This document shows positions 49,435-58,640 of a stretch of DNA of 64,000 nt, in pieces. The stretch covers positions 28,394 through 92,393 of the forward strand of contig JAWKWE010000008.1 in the NCBI GenBank assembly GCA_041397645.1, written 5' to 3'. The first letter of the stretch is position 1; each line of letters starts with the position of its first letter. The notes beneath the pieces were generated by a model. The model ran no database searches. It saw only the letters and a list, made by a program, of their open reading frames with translations, and was not told the DNA's origin. Source of the stretch: Hyphomicrobiaceae bacterium (lineage in GTDB: Bacteria; Pseudomonadota; Alphaproteobacteria; Rhizobiales; Hyphomicrobiaceae). The translations under genes were made by a program, and so were the position numbers.

Positions 49435-49473
49435 TATGATCAAGCCCGACATAAGGGATCGGGGAGGGAGGAA

Positions 49474-50337
49474 ATGGATAGTTCACCGCGAGGGCCATTC
49501 GGGTTCTCGGAATCCGAGTTGCGCAATTGCGCGACGGTTTTCAGGCCCGATCTTTTCAAAGGAAAAACCGTCGTCGTTTCTGGCGCTGGCAGCGGCTTGG
49601 GACGGGCAATCGCTTCGCTCTTCGCGCGGCTTGGCGCATCATTGGCGATTTGCGGCCGCAATGAAGAAAAACTGAAAAGCGCTGCGGACCATTTGCGCGG
49701 CTTCGGCGGCGATGTCCTGAGCCAGCGGATGAGCATACGCGATCCCGAGCAGGTAGCTGCTTTCATGAGTGCGGTGTACGAGCGCTTCGGGCGGCTGGAT
49801 ATTCTAGTCAACAACGCTGGTGGTCAATTTCCGCAGCCGGCGCTCGACTACTCGCCCAAGGGTTGGAATGCAGTAATCGATACCAATCTTAATGGGACAT
49901 GGTGGATGATGCAGGCTGCAGCGAAGAGATGGGTCGCGGCAAAACAGCCTGGCAATATAGTAAGCATCGTTGCCGACATCTGGCGCGGCTTACCCGGCAT
50001 TGCGCACTCCTGCGCAGCTCGCGCCGGCGTGATCTATCTGTCCAAATCAGTGGCGGTGGAATGGGCGCCGTACAACATCAGGGTCAATTGCGTCGCGCCT
50101 GGATGCTGCAAAAGCAACGGATTCGGCAACTATCCGCCAGAAGGCGCGGCCACTTTTGAGGAAGCAAATCCGATGCGCCGGTCAGGTGACGAGTGGGACG
50201 TTGCCGAGGCCGTTGTTTATCTGGCTGCACCCTCGGGCAAGTTCATCACCGGCGAAATTCTGACGGTCGACGGCGGTCAGCAAATGTGGGGTGATCCGTG
50301 GCCGACGGGGCGTCCAGATTACTTCAGAATAGGCTAA
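49474..50337 (+). CDS. SDR oxidoreductase, AtuB/dienoyl-CoA-reductase-like clade
   Basis: GGGAGGG RBS; TVFRPDLFKGK, SGAGSGLG, NNAGGQF and PGIAHSCAARAG. Confidence 0.87.
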   Translation: MDSSPRGPFGFSESELRNCATVFRPDLFKGKTVVVSGAGSGLGRAIASLFARLGASLAICGRNEEKLKSAADHLRGFGGDVLSQRMSIRDPEQVAAFMSAVYERFGRLDILVNNAGGQFPQPALDYSPKGWNAVIDTNLNGTWWMMQAAAKRWVAAKQPGNIVSIVADIWRGLPGIAHSCAARAGVIYLSKSVAVEWAPYNIRVNCVAPGCCKSNGFGNYPPEGAATFEEANPMRRSGDEWDVAEAVVYLAAPSGKFITGEILTVDGGQQMWGDPWPTGRPDYFRIG

Positions 50338-50373
50338 TCAGGTTTGCGAGCCGCTAATGCGGATCGAAAGGGT

Positions 50374-51183
50374 ATGACGGAAAAGTGCATGGCAAAAGAG
50401 TTCTGCGAAGCGGTGCCGATCCTACAATGTACCGGCGTTGAACGTCGCTTCGGCGGTCTAATTGCTGTGACCGGAGTCGATTTGAGCGTTTATCGCGGCG
50501 AGATCTTCGGTCTTGTCGGGCCAAACGGTAGCGGCAAGACCACGCTGACAAACGCCATAACCGGCTTTTATCCGCCCAACAAGGGGACGATCAAGCTAGA
50601 CGGCAAGGACATTACAGGCACGGCGCCCCACAAGGTGGCCGGATTGGGCGTCGCTCGCACATTTCAGAATCTGGCTCTGTTCAATGGCATGAGTGTGCTC
50701 GACAACATCTTGCTTGGCCGACACGTCCACATGCGCCCCGGCGTGATTCGCACGGCGCTCTATTGGTGGTTGGCGCGTCCGGATGAAATGCGAAACCGTG
50801 AAATCGTGGAGGAGGTGGTTGAGTTTTTGCAACTCGAAAGCGTCCGTGATGACCTTGTCGATGGCATTCCGATCGGAATGAAGAAGCGTGTCGAGCTTGC
50901 ACGCGCGTTGGTGGCGGAGCCGCGCCTTCTGATCCTCGATGAGCCGATGGCTGGAATGAACCAGGAGGAGAAGGAGTATATGGCAAGGTTCATTCTCGAT
51001 GCGCGCGCGGAGCGCGGCGTGAGCGTTTTGTTGATCGAACACAGCATGGATGTGATTACCGGCATATGTGATCGCGTGCTGGCATTGAACTACGGAGAAA
51101 TGATCGCAACGGGCAAACCAAGGGAGGTTGTCAAGGATCAGCGAGTCATCGAAGCCTATATTGGTGTCGGTCATGCGGCATGA
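50374..51183 (+). CDS. ABC transporter ATP-binding protein (LivG-like)
   Basis: GPNGSGKTT, RTFQN, LARAL, LDEPMAG and IEHSM. Start 50374 or 50389. Confidence 0.92.
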   Translation: MTEKCMAKEFCEAVPILQCTGVERRFGGLIAVTGVDLSVYRGEIFGLVGPNGSGKTTLTNAITGFYPPNKGTIKLDGKDITGTAPHKVAGLGVARTFQNLALFNGMSVLDNILLGRHVHMRPGVIRTALYWWLARPDEMRNREIVEEVVEFLQLESVRDDLVDGIPIGMKKRVELARALVAEPRLLILDEPMAGMNQEEKEYMARFILDARAERGVSVLLIEHSMDVITGICDRVLALNYGEMIATGKPREVVKDQRVIEAYIGVGHAA

Positions 51184-51190
51184 AAAAGTG

Positions 51191-53098
51191 ATGGGTATGC
51201 AAGCAAGTGCCGCAGACGATACCTTGGCGCGCCTTCTAGCTTACAACGCCGCCCAGCATGGCGATAAGATCGCGATGCGGGAAAAGGATCGCGGCATTTG
51301 GAAGGAGATGACATGGTCCGAGTATTTCGGTGAGGTGCTGGTTTGCGCGGCTGGTTTGGACGCTCTCGGAGTTCGGTCGGGCGACGCCGTCATGATCCTT
51401 GGCGACAACCGCGCGCGCCTTTATGCGGGCATGACGGCATCGTCGATGCTGGGAGCATATGCGATGCCAGCCTATCCGGGGACGACACTGGACGAATTGC
51501 GCCACTTCGTCGGTGAAGTGAAGGTTGTGGCGGCGCTCGCGGAAGACCAGGAGCAGGTCGACAAATTTCTCGATTTGCGGGAGGATGGCAGCGCGATCCA
51601 ATATATCGTCTACGAGGACAAGAGGGGCCTTAACACTTATGACGCGCCGGGGCTCCTGTCGTGGGAGGACTTTCAGGACAAAGGTAGGACAAATCTCAAG
51701 TCAAATCCGGAGCTGCGGGATGGCTTAGTCGATCGTGCTATGCCGGACGATCCTGCGATATTCCTGCATTCGTCGGGCACGACCGGTAAACCAAAGGGGG
51801 TCGTGCTCAGCCACAGAAATGTCGTCGCCGCAGCTCGCAATGCCCATGCGGGCGGGGCGTTCTGCCACGGTGAAGAGGTTCTCGCCTATTTGCCGATGGC
51901 ATGGGTCGGAGATTTTGCCCTGACGGTTGCTGCCGCAATCGCTTTTCGCTTTACCGTCAATGTACCGGAAAGGCAGGAAACGGTTTTGCGTGACATGCGC
52001 GAGATCGCGCCCAGCCTTTATCTAGCTGCTCCGCGCAGCTGGGACAACTTACTAACCTCCATTCAGGTGGGAATCGAGAACTCCACTCCGTTGAAGAAAT
52101 GGCTCTACCACTTTTTTACGGACAGAGCGGTTGCCTCGGAAAGGCGAAAGCTCGATGGGAAAAAGCCTGGCCGTCTGGAATGGCTGGCCCGGTTGCTGGG
52201 CGAGCGCATTGTCTTCGGGCCCGTGAAAGATTTGTACGGTCTCAGCAGATTGAAGAGCGCGTTCACGGGTGGCGAAGCCATTGGGGAGGATACGTTTGTT
52301 TTCTACCGTGCGCTGGGGATCAAGTTGCGACAGCTTTATGGCCAGACCGAAAATGCAGCCTTCAATGCCATTCAGGCGCCCGATGAAGTCAAGCTACATA
52401 CCGTAGGCCGACCGCTTCCTGGCGTTCAGGTAAAGGTGACGGACGCGGGTGAAATACTGCTTAAGGCAGAAAGCGTGTTTCGCGGGTACCACAACAATCC
52501 TTCGGCAACCACGGAAGCGCTCAAAGACGGTTGGCTGCACACCGGCGATGCCGGATATCTGGAGAACGACGGCCACCTCGTCGTGCTGGGACGCGTTTCC
52601 GAAGTTGTCCATACCAAAAACGGCGAACGCTACGTCCCGAATTACATCGAGAACCGGCTGAAGTTCAGCCCGTACATCAAAGACGCGGCCGTATTCGGAG
52701 CCGGCCGGGATGAATTGACGGCCATTGTTTGCATCGACCTGGAGGCAGCCGGGCATTGGGCCGAAACCAACGCCGTGCCCTATGTCTCATACGCGGACCT
52801 GTCGCAACGGTCGGAGATTTCCGAGTTGCTCCGCGATGCGTTTCACCGGGTCAACAAAGCGCTTCCAGAAGCGCTGAAACTGCATCGATTCGTCAGCCTC
52901 CACAAAGAATTCGATCCGGATGATGGTGAAATCACGCGCACCCGCAAGCTCCGCCGCGCAGTCGTCGAAGAGCGGTACGAGCCGGTTATTGCTGCGCTTT
53001 ACGATGGATCGAAACAGATACATGTGAAAGCCGCGGTGAGGTACGAGAGCGGCGATGTCGGCCTCGTGGAACGCACGCTGGCCATCCGGGAGGTCTGA
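51191..53098 (+). CDS. Long-chain acyl-CoA synthetase embedded in the ABC operon
   Basis: HSSGTTGKPKG, YLPMAWVGD, YGQTE, WLHTGDAG and ITRTRKLRR. Start uncertain (51173/51191/51197). Confidence 0.88.
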   Translation: MGMQASAADDTLARLLAYNAAQHGDKIAMREKDRGIWKEMTWSEYFGEVLVCAAGLDALGVRSGDAVMILGDNRARLYAGMTASSMLGAYAMPAYPGTTLDELRHFVGEVKVVAALAEDQEQVDKFLDLREDGSAIQYIVYEDKRGLNTYDAPGLLSWEDFQDKGRTNLKSNPELRDGLVDRAMPDDPAIFLHSSGTTGKPKGVVLSHRNVVAAARNAHAGGAFCHGEEVLAYLPMAWVGDFALTVAAAIAFRFTVNVPERQETVLRDMREIAPSLYLAAPRSWDNLLTSIQVGIENSTPLKKWLYHFFTDRAVASERRKLDGKKPGRLEWLARLLGERIVFGPVKDLYGLSRLKSAFTGGEAIGEDTFVFYRALGIKLRQLYGQTENAAFNAIQAPDEVKLHTVGRPLPGVQVKVTDAGEILLKAESVFRGYHNNPSATTEALKDGWLHTGDAGYLENDGHLVVLGRVSEVVHTKNGERYVPNYIENRLKFSPYIKDAAVFGAGRDELTAIVCIDLEAAGHWAETNAVPYVSYADLSQRSEISELLRDAFHRVNKALPEALKLHRFVSLHKEFDPDDGEITRTRKLRRAVVEERYEPVIAALYDGSKQIHVKAAVRYESGDVGLVERTLAIREV

Positions 53099-53986
53099 AT
53101 GGACATCGCATTTCTCAGCGAGCTTGGTGTAAATGGTGCATTGACCGGATTGCTCTACTCGCTTTTCGCACTTGGGCTTGTGCTGATCTACAAATCGTCG
53201 TCGGTTCCCAATCTTGCTCAGGGCGCATTGACGATGTTGGCCGCATACGCGGTGCTGGCCCTTTCCCGGCAGCTGGGGTTCCCATTGTGGCTGGCCATAG
53301 CTGCCGCAACGATCATCATGTTTCTGGCCGGCTTTGCCGTGGAGAAGGTGGCGCTGCGGCGGATGGCAGGGCGTCCGATCGTCATGATCCTGATGATGAC
53401 GCTCGGTATCGATATCTTTATACGCGGTACGACCTTGGCTGTGTGGGGCGGCACCTCCCGTTCGATGGAGCTGGGCATCAGCTACGATCCTTTGTTTCTG
53501 GGGCCGCTACTGCTGAGCCGGATAAATCTGGCCGGAGCTGGCGTCGCGCTCGCACTCTTTGTGGGACTTTTCCTGTTCTTCCGAACGCGCCTTGGAATCC
53601 GATTACGTGCAATCTCGGACGATTATGTCGCTTCTTGGTCGATCGGGATCTCCGTCGAGCGCGGCGTAGCTTTGTCATGGGGTATGGCTTCCGTGATTGC
53701 GGTTGCGTCAGGTGTGATTTGGGGAGAGATCCAGGGCGTCGACCAATCGCTTTCGCAGCTTCTGCTGAAGGGACTTACAGTGGCCGTCCTGGGCGGTCTC
53801 GACAGCATTGCCGGCGCGGTTCTTGCCGGAATTTTCCTTGGGATCGTTGAGAACGTAGGCTCCTCCTATCTCGATTCAGTAGTTGGAGGAGGTAGCCGTG
53901 ATCTGATCGTTGCTGCCGTGCTGATCTTCACCGTCGTGTTGCGTCCGCATGGACTCTTCGGCCGCCACGACATCGAAAGAGTGTGA
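53099..53986 (+). CDS. ABC transporter permease (LivH-like)
   Basis: Hydrophobic; GLVLIYKSS..PNLAQG, RTRLGIRLRA and VLGGLDS. Confidence 0.9.
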   Translation: MDIAFLSELGVNGALTGLLYSLFALGLVLIYKSSSVPNLAQGALTMLAAYAVLALSRQLGFPLWLAIAAATIIMFLAGFAVEKVALRRMAGRPIVMILMMTLGIDIFIRGTTLAVWGGTSRSMELGISYDPLFLGPLLLSRINLAGAGVALALFVGLFLFFRTRLGIRLRAISDDYVASWSIGISVERGVALSWGMASVIAVASGVIWGEIQGVDQSLSQLLLKGLTVAVLGGLDSIAGAVLAGIFLGIVENVGSSYLDSVVGGGSRDLIVAAVLIFTVVLRPHGLFGRHDIERV

Positions 53987-53989
53987 CGT

Positions 53990-55063
53990 ATGTTCTATCC
54001 TCTCGCGGGTGTCCGTCATGGGAGCTACAAGTCGGACAGCAAGCTGTTCCCGGTGCCGACGGACCGGACCCTGCTTATTCTCCTTACTATTGTTGCCATC
54101 GCTGCACCGTTCCTTCTGAGTTCGTTGTATTTGAACAGCTACGTTCAACCGTGGCTGATCTGGACGGCGGCGGCTCTCGGTCTCAATCTAGTGACGGGTT
54201 GGGCAGGGCAACTGCATCTGGGATACGCTGCTACTATGGCGGTGGGAGCCTATGCGGCCGTACACGCGGCTAGGTTCGGCACTCCCTGGGAGCTCGCTCT
54301 TCTGATCGGCGGCCTTGCCGCATCGTTGATAGGAAGCCTGTTTGCCTTCGCGGCCCTGCGCGTGAAAGGGCTTTATCTTGCGATCGTCACGCTTGCCATG
54401 CAGTTCGTAATGGACTGGGTGCTAAACCATTCGCCCGCGATTTCTGGCGGCTCTCACGCCTCGCTTCAATCCCCTCGTTTTGCCCTCTTTGGGCAGGAAA
54501 TCGCTTCAGACAAAGGACTATATTATGTGGCACTCGGATGGTGTGCGTTGGTTACCATTTTCATGATGAACACGCGCCGAACCGCTTTGGGACGGGCCTT
54601 GGTTGCAGTACGTGAAAAGGACTATGCGGCTGCAATCCTTGGCGTGAACAGCTTCTACTACAAGCTGATTGCCTTTTCGGCTTCCTCGTTCATCGGTGGG
54701 ATCGGCGGAGCCATTCTCGTTGCGACGTTCTTTTTCCTGGCTGCGCCTGAGCAATTCTCGGTAAACGTTTCGATCCAGGTGCTTGCCATGATCATCGTCG
54801 GAGGGCTCGGCAGCATCATCGGCACGTATTTTGGAGTGGCGTTGATTCTCCTTATGCCAGGAATTGCGAACGAAATCCTTGCTAAGGCAGCGGGCCTGTT
54901 TGGACTTCAACTCGGCAATGAAACGCTCGCTCATATCCCGACGGCCGTCTACGGCGCTTTGATCATCATTTTTCTGCTGGTTGAGCCTTTAGGCCTCGGA
55001 AAGCTCTATGCGAACATCAGGGACTATTTCCTGGTCTGGCCCTTCGACCAGTTCAAGAAATAG
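53990..55063 (+). CDS. ABC transporter permease (LivM-like)
   Basis: GLNLVTGWAGQLHLG, RVKGLYLAIVTL, GRALVAVRE and IIVGGLGS. Confidence 0.9.
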   Translation: MFYPLAGVRHGSYKSDSKLFPVPTDRTLLILLTIVAIAAPFLLSSLYLNSYVQPWLIWTAAALGLNLVTGWAGQLHLGYAATMAVGAYAAVHAARFGTPWELALLIGGLAASLIGSLFAFAALRVKGLYLAIVTLAMQFVMDWVLNHSPAISGGSHASLQSPRFALFGQEIASDKGLYYVALGWCALVTIFMMNTRRTALGRALVAVREKDYAAAILGVNSFYYKLIAFSASSFIGGIGGAILVATFFFLAAPEQFSVNVSIQVLAMIIVGGLGSIIGTYFGVALILLMPGIANEILAKAAGLFGLQLGNETLAHIPTAVYGALIIIFLLVEPLGLGKLYANIRDYFLVWPFDQFKK

Positions 55064-55071
55064 GACCCGCC

Positions 55072-55890
55072 ATGAATCCGCAAGAGATCCACAAAGATAG
55101 CCCGATACTGTCGATGAACAGTGTGGAGGTGCTTTACGATTCGGTCATGCTTGCCATCAAGGGAGTATCGATCGAGGTGCCGCACGGAGGGGTGGTTGCG
55201 CTTCTTGGATCCAACGGAGCCGGGAAGAGTACGACATTGAAAGCAATAAGTGGCCTTCTGGCCGCGGAACGCGGGAAGGTGAGCCGAGGTGAGATCCGCT
55301 TTGACGGCAAAGCAATTGGCGACCGTCCGCCTCAGGAGCGGGTCGATCTCGGGATTTGCCATGTGATCGAGGGACGTAGGGTTTTCGAACATCTGACGCC
55401 GGATGAGAACCTCGAAGCGGCGGCTCCAACGTCGATGTCGAGGGCGCGGGTCGCTTCGGATAAAGCGCGCATTTACGACTACTTTCCACGCCTGGCCGAG
55501 CGAAAGTCTGCGCTTGCCGGATATCTTTCGGGCGGTGAACAGCAAATGCTCGCAATCGGGCGGGCCTTGATGACGCAACCGCGTTTACTGATGCTGGACG
55601 AGCCTAGCTTGGGCCTAGCTCCGTTTCTGGTGGCCGAGATTTTCGAAATCATCAAACGCATTAATCGCGATCACGGCCTGTCCGTCCTGCTTGTCGAACA
55701 AAACGCGCTTGCGGCTCTCGATATCGTCTCGCATGGCTATCTGATCGAGAATGGGCGCGTTGTCATGCATGACACGGCGGAAAGGCTGAAGGCAAACTCC
55801 GATATTCAGGAGTTCTACCTGGGCGGTAGCGAAGCCAAGAGTTTTCACGACATCAAGCATTATCGCAGGCGCAAGCGCTGGCTCAGCTGA
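55072..55890 (+). CDS. ABC transporter ATP-binding protein (LivF-like)
   Basis: GSNGAGKST, LSGGEQQMLAIGRAL, LDEPSLGLAP and VEQN. Confidence 0.93.
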   Translation: MNPQEIHKDSPILSMNSVEVLYDSVMLAIKGVSIEVPHGGVVALLGSNGAGKSTTLKAISGLLAAERGKVSRGEIRFDGKAIGDRPPQERVDLGICHVIEGRRVFEHLTPDENLEAAAPTSMSRARVASDKARIYDYFPRLAERKSALAGYLSGGEQQMLAIGRALMTQPRLLMLDEPSLGLAPFLVAEIFEIIKRINRDHGLSVLLVEQNALAALDIVSHGYLIENGRVVMHDTAERLKANSDIQEFYLGGSEAKSFHDIKHYRRRKRWLS

Positions 55891-55935
55891 TCAGGAACGT
55901 CCAGACCGGCATTTGTGAAGGGAGGAGAGCTCATC

Positions 55936-57180
55936 ATGGGATTTTCGAGGTTGCTTGCAAGTGCGGCAATCGCCTGCGTCGTGGTGCTTTCGATAGCGCC
56001 TCAGGCCAGTGCCGTACAACCGCTCAAGCTTGGCGTTTGCTACGATTTGAGCAAGGCCTACACTTTCGCCACGCCCCAGGTATCGCAGGCGGCACAGGAT
56101 CTGGTCGCGCTAACCAATCTCAAGGGTGGGATCGCCGGTGCTCCGATCGAAGTCATCGTGCGAGACCATGGCAATGAGCCGCAACGCGGCATCGAGTGCT
56201 ACGAAAAGCTCAAACGAGAAGGTGTCTTCATCTTCGACACACTGTCGACCCCCGTTTCGCTCGCCGTGTTGCCGCGAGTTATGCAGGACAAGAACATCCT
56301 CATCCAGGCATTGGTCGGCCGCGGAGATGCCGTGGACGGCGCCGTGTTTGAGTGGGTTTTCCCGCTGGGGCCCACTTACTGGGGGCAGGTCGCCAACGAT
56401 GTTGCCTACTTGAAACAGGTGCATGGCGGCGATCTGCGCGGGGTGAAAGTCGGATTCGTCTATCTCGACTATCCGTTCGGTCAGGAGCCGATTCCAATTC
56501 TCGAGACACTGGCCAAGGTGGAAGGCTTCGAGTTGAAGCTCTACCCGGTGCCGCTCCCTGGCAACGATCAGGCCGGCATCTGGACTCAAGTTCGCCGAGA
56601 CCAGCCCGACCACATCATCAGCTGGCTGTTGGGAGGGGCGCATGTCGTGGCATCGAAGGAGATGAAGCGCAACGGCATCCCAATGGACAAGTATATCTCG
56701 GTCAATTGGCTGAACGAAGTGGATATTGCCAATATCGGCCCCGAGGCAGCCAAGGGGTTGAAGCGGGGCACCAACGTTGCAGGTGGGCAGGATGTTCCGC
56801 TGATCCAGGAGATCATCGCTGAGCTTTACAAGAAGGGCAAAGGCAGCGGGCCGGAGAAAAACCTCAAGGATGTCTACTACAACACTGGACTGGCCATGTA
56901 CTCCATGATCCTCGAAGGCGCTCGCCAAGCTGCCAAGTTGCAGGGCGATCCGATCACTGCCGCGGCAATGCGTGAAGGGCTCCAACACATCACAAACTAT
57001 GATGCCAACGGGCTGATGGCACCGGTAACGGTGACATCGAACGATCATGGTGGCGGCGGCAAGACCCGCATCGAGATGTGGGATGGTCAGAGATGGGTGC
57101 CGCAGACAGAATGGAGGGCGGCCTATACGGATCTGATCTGGGAAGTGGTGAGGAAGAGTTCCTCCAAATATCGAAACTAG
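55936..57180 (+). CDS. ABC substrate-binding protein (type I periplasmic, fatty/dicarboxylic-acid-like clade), copy 1
   Basis: Sec-type signal peptide; DHGNEPQRGIECYEKLK, YLDYPFG and DHGGGG. Confidence 0.88.
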   Translation: MGFSRLLASAAIACVVVLSIAPQASAVQPLKLGVCYDLSKAYTFATPQVSQAAQDLVALTNLKGGIAGAPIEVIVRDHGNEPQRGIECYEKLKREGVFIFDTLSTPVSLAVLPRVMQDKNILIQALVGRGDAVDGAVFEWVFPLGPTYWGQVANDVAYLKQVHGGDLRGVKVGFVYLDYPFGQEPIPILETLAKVEGFELKLYPVPLPGNDQAGIWTQVRRDQPDHIISWLLGGAHVVASKEMKRNGIPMDKYISVNWLNEVDIANIGPEAAKGLKRGTNVAGGQDVPLIQEIIAELYKKGKGSGPEKNLKDVYYNTGLAMYSMILEGARQAAKLQGDPITAAAMREGLQHITNYDANGLMAPVTVTSNDHGGGGKTRIEMWDGQRWVPQTEWRAAYTDLIWEVVRKSSSKYRN

Positions 57181-57190
57181 CCTTTGAGGG

Positions 57191-57235
57191 CTCCGCTCGG
57201 CGCAGCGCCGGTGCAAGGCTTTGCGGATAGCGGAG
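57191..57235 (+). other. Candidate intercistronic stem-loop after SBP1
   Basis: CTCCGCT...AGCGGAG outer stem with an inner CGGCG-CAG-CGCCG hairpin; no U-tract. Confidence 0.35.
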
Positions 57236-57271
57236 ATGTAGGATTGGAAATTTGGGACTAACAGACGGGAG

Positions 57272-58525
57272 ATGAGAATGTCGGTCGAAAAAGCAATAAA
57301 ATGGCTCGTGGTCGCCGCTGCCATCAGCGTCGCAGGATGCGCGCAGGCTTTAGCTCAGGAGACCTTGAAATTCGGTGCGTGCTTTGATCTCAGTAAATCC
57401 TATACCTTCATCTCACCGCAGGTGGCGCAAGCCGCGCAGGATCTTGCCGCGCTTACGAACATGAAGGGCGGCATCGATGGGCACAAGATCGAGATCGTGG
57501 TTCAGGACCACGGCAATGAGCCCCAGCGCGGCATTGAATGCTACGAAAAGCTTAAGCGTGAAGGCGTCTTCGTCTTTAACATGCTGTCGACCCCCGTGTC
57601 GATCGCGGTGCTGCCGCGGATCATGAAGGAGAAGAATGTCCTTATCCAGTCGTTGGTCGGGCGCGGTGACGCCATCGACGGTTCGATCTTCACTCAGATC
57701 TTTCCAGTGGGTGCAACTTATTGGGGGCAGGCTGCCAACGATATCGCCTATATCAAACAACTGCGCGGCGGCGACATGAAAGGGGCCAAGATCGGATTTA
57801 TCTATCTCGACTATCCTTTTGGTCAGGAGCCGATCGGTATCCTCAAGACTCTCGCCGAACGCGAGGGCTTTGAACTAAAGCTTTATCCTGTACCTTTGCC
57901 CGGCAGCGATCAGACCAGCGTTTGGACACAGGTGCGACGCGACCAGCCTGATTTCATGATCAGCTGGCTGCTGGCCGGAGGACATGTCGTGGCAGCCAAA
58001 GAAATGAAGCGCAACGGCTATCCGATCGAAAAGTACATTTCGGTCAACTGGCTTAACGAGGTGGATATTGCCAATATTGGTCCCGAGGCTGCCAAGGGGA
58101 TCAAGCGTGGAACAAACGTCGTCGGTGGTCAGGATGTTCCGATCATCAGGGAGATGACGGCAGAGCTTTATGCCAAAGGCAAAGGCAGCGGGCCCGAGAA
58201 AAACCTGAAGGACGTGTATTACAATACCGGTTTAGCTATCTATTCGGTCGCTTTCGAGGCTACCCGCAACGCCATCAAACAGGCGGGTTGGCCGGTGACC
58301 GCAGCCTCGATGAAGGGCGGATATGAGAGCATAAAGGACTTCGACGCCAATGGCCTGCTTGCCCCCGTGACTGTAACGGCGGCAGACCATGGCGGCGGGG
58401 GCAAGACGCGGATCGAAATGTGGGACGGCCAGAAGTGGGTGCCGCAGACTGCTTGGTTATCAGCCTATCAGGACCTGATCTGGCAGATCGTGAAGACGAG
58501 TTCATCTGGATTCAAGGTCGAGTAA
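57272..58525 (+). CDS. ABC substrate-binding protein, copy 2 (tandem paralog)
   Basis: Same motifs as copy 1 with long identical stretches and a different signal peptide. Confidence 0.88.
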   Translation: MRMSVEKAIKWLVVAAAISVAGCAQALAQETLKFGACFDLSKSYTFISPQVAQAAQDLAALTNMKGGIDGHKIEIVVQDHGNEPQRGIECYEKLKREGVFVFNMLSTPVSIAVLPRIMKEKNVLIQSLVGRGDAIDGSIFTQIFPVGATYWGQAANDIAYIKQLRGGDMKGAKIGFIYLDYPFGQEPIGILKTLAEREGFELKLYPVPLPGSDQTSVWTQVRRDQPDFMISWLLAGGHVVAAKEMKRNGYPIEKYISVNWLNEVDIANIGPEAAKGIKRGTNVVGGQDVPIIREMTAELYAKGKGSGPEKNLKDVYYNTGLAIYSVAFEATRNAIKQAGWPVTAASMKGGYESIKDFDANGLLAPVTVTAADHGGGGKTRIEMWDGQKWVPQTAWLSAYQDLIWQIVKTSSSGFKVE

Positions 58526-58572
58526 TTCAGGCACCCAACGAGTTAATAGCATACGCGTCGGCGGGTGCAATC

Positions 58573-58609
58573 CGGCTCGGCGGCGGGCAATGCATCCGTC
58601 GCCGAGCCG
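58573..58609 (+). other. GC-rich stem-loop after SBP2 (mRNA stabiliser or attenuating terminator)
   Basis: 14-bp stem CGGCTCGGCGGCGG / CCGTCGCCGAGCCG with one G-U pair and a 9-nt loop; no U-tract. Confidence 0.55.
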
Positions 58610-58640
58610 CCAATCTTCAGCGCGAAAGCCAGTGAACTCC

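Noticed and set aside
49264-49473. N-terminal extension of the 49474 SDR
   Set aside because: It runs across the promoter and operator; a strong RBS precedes ATG 49474.
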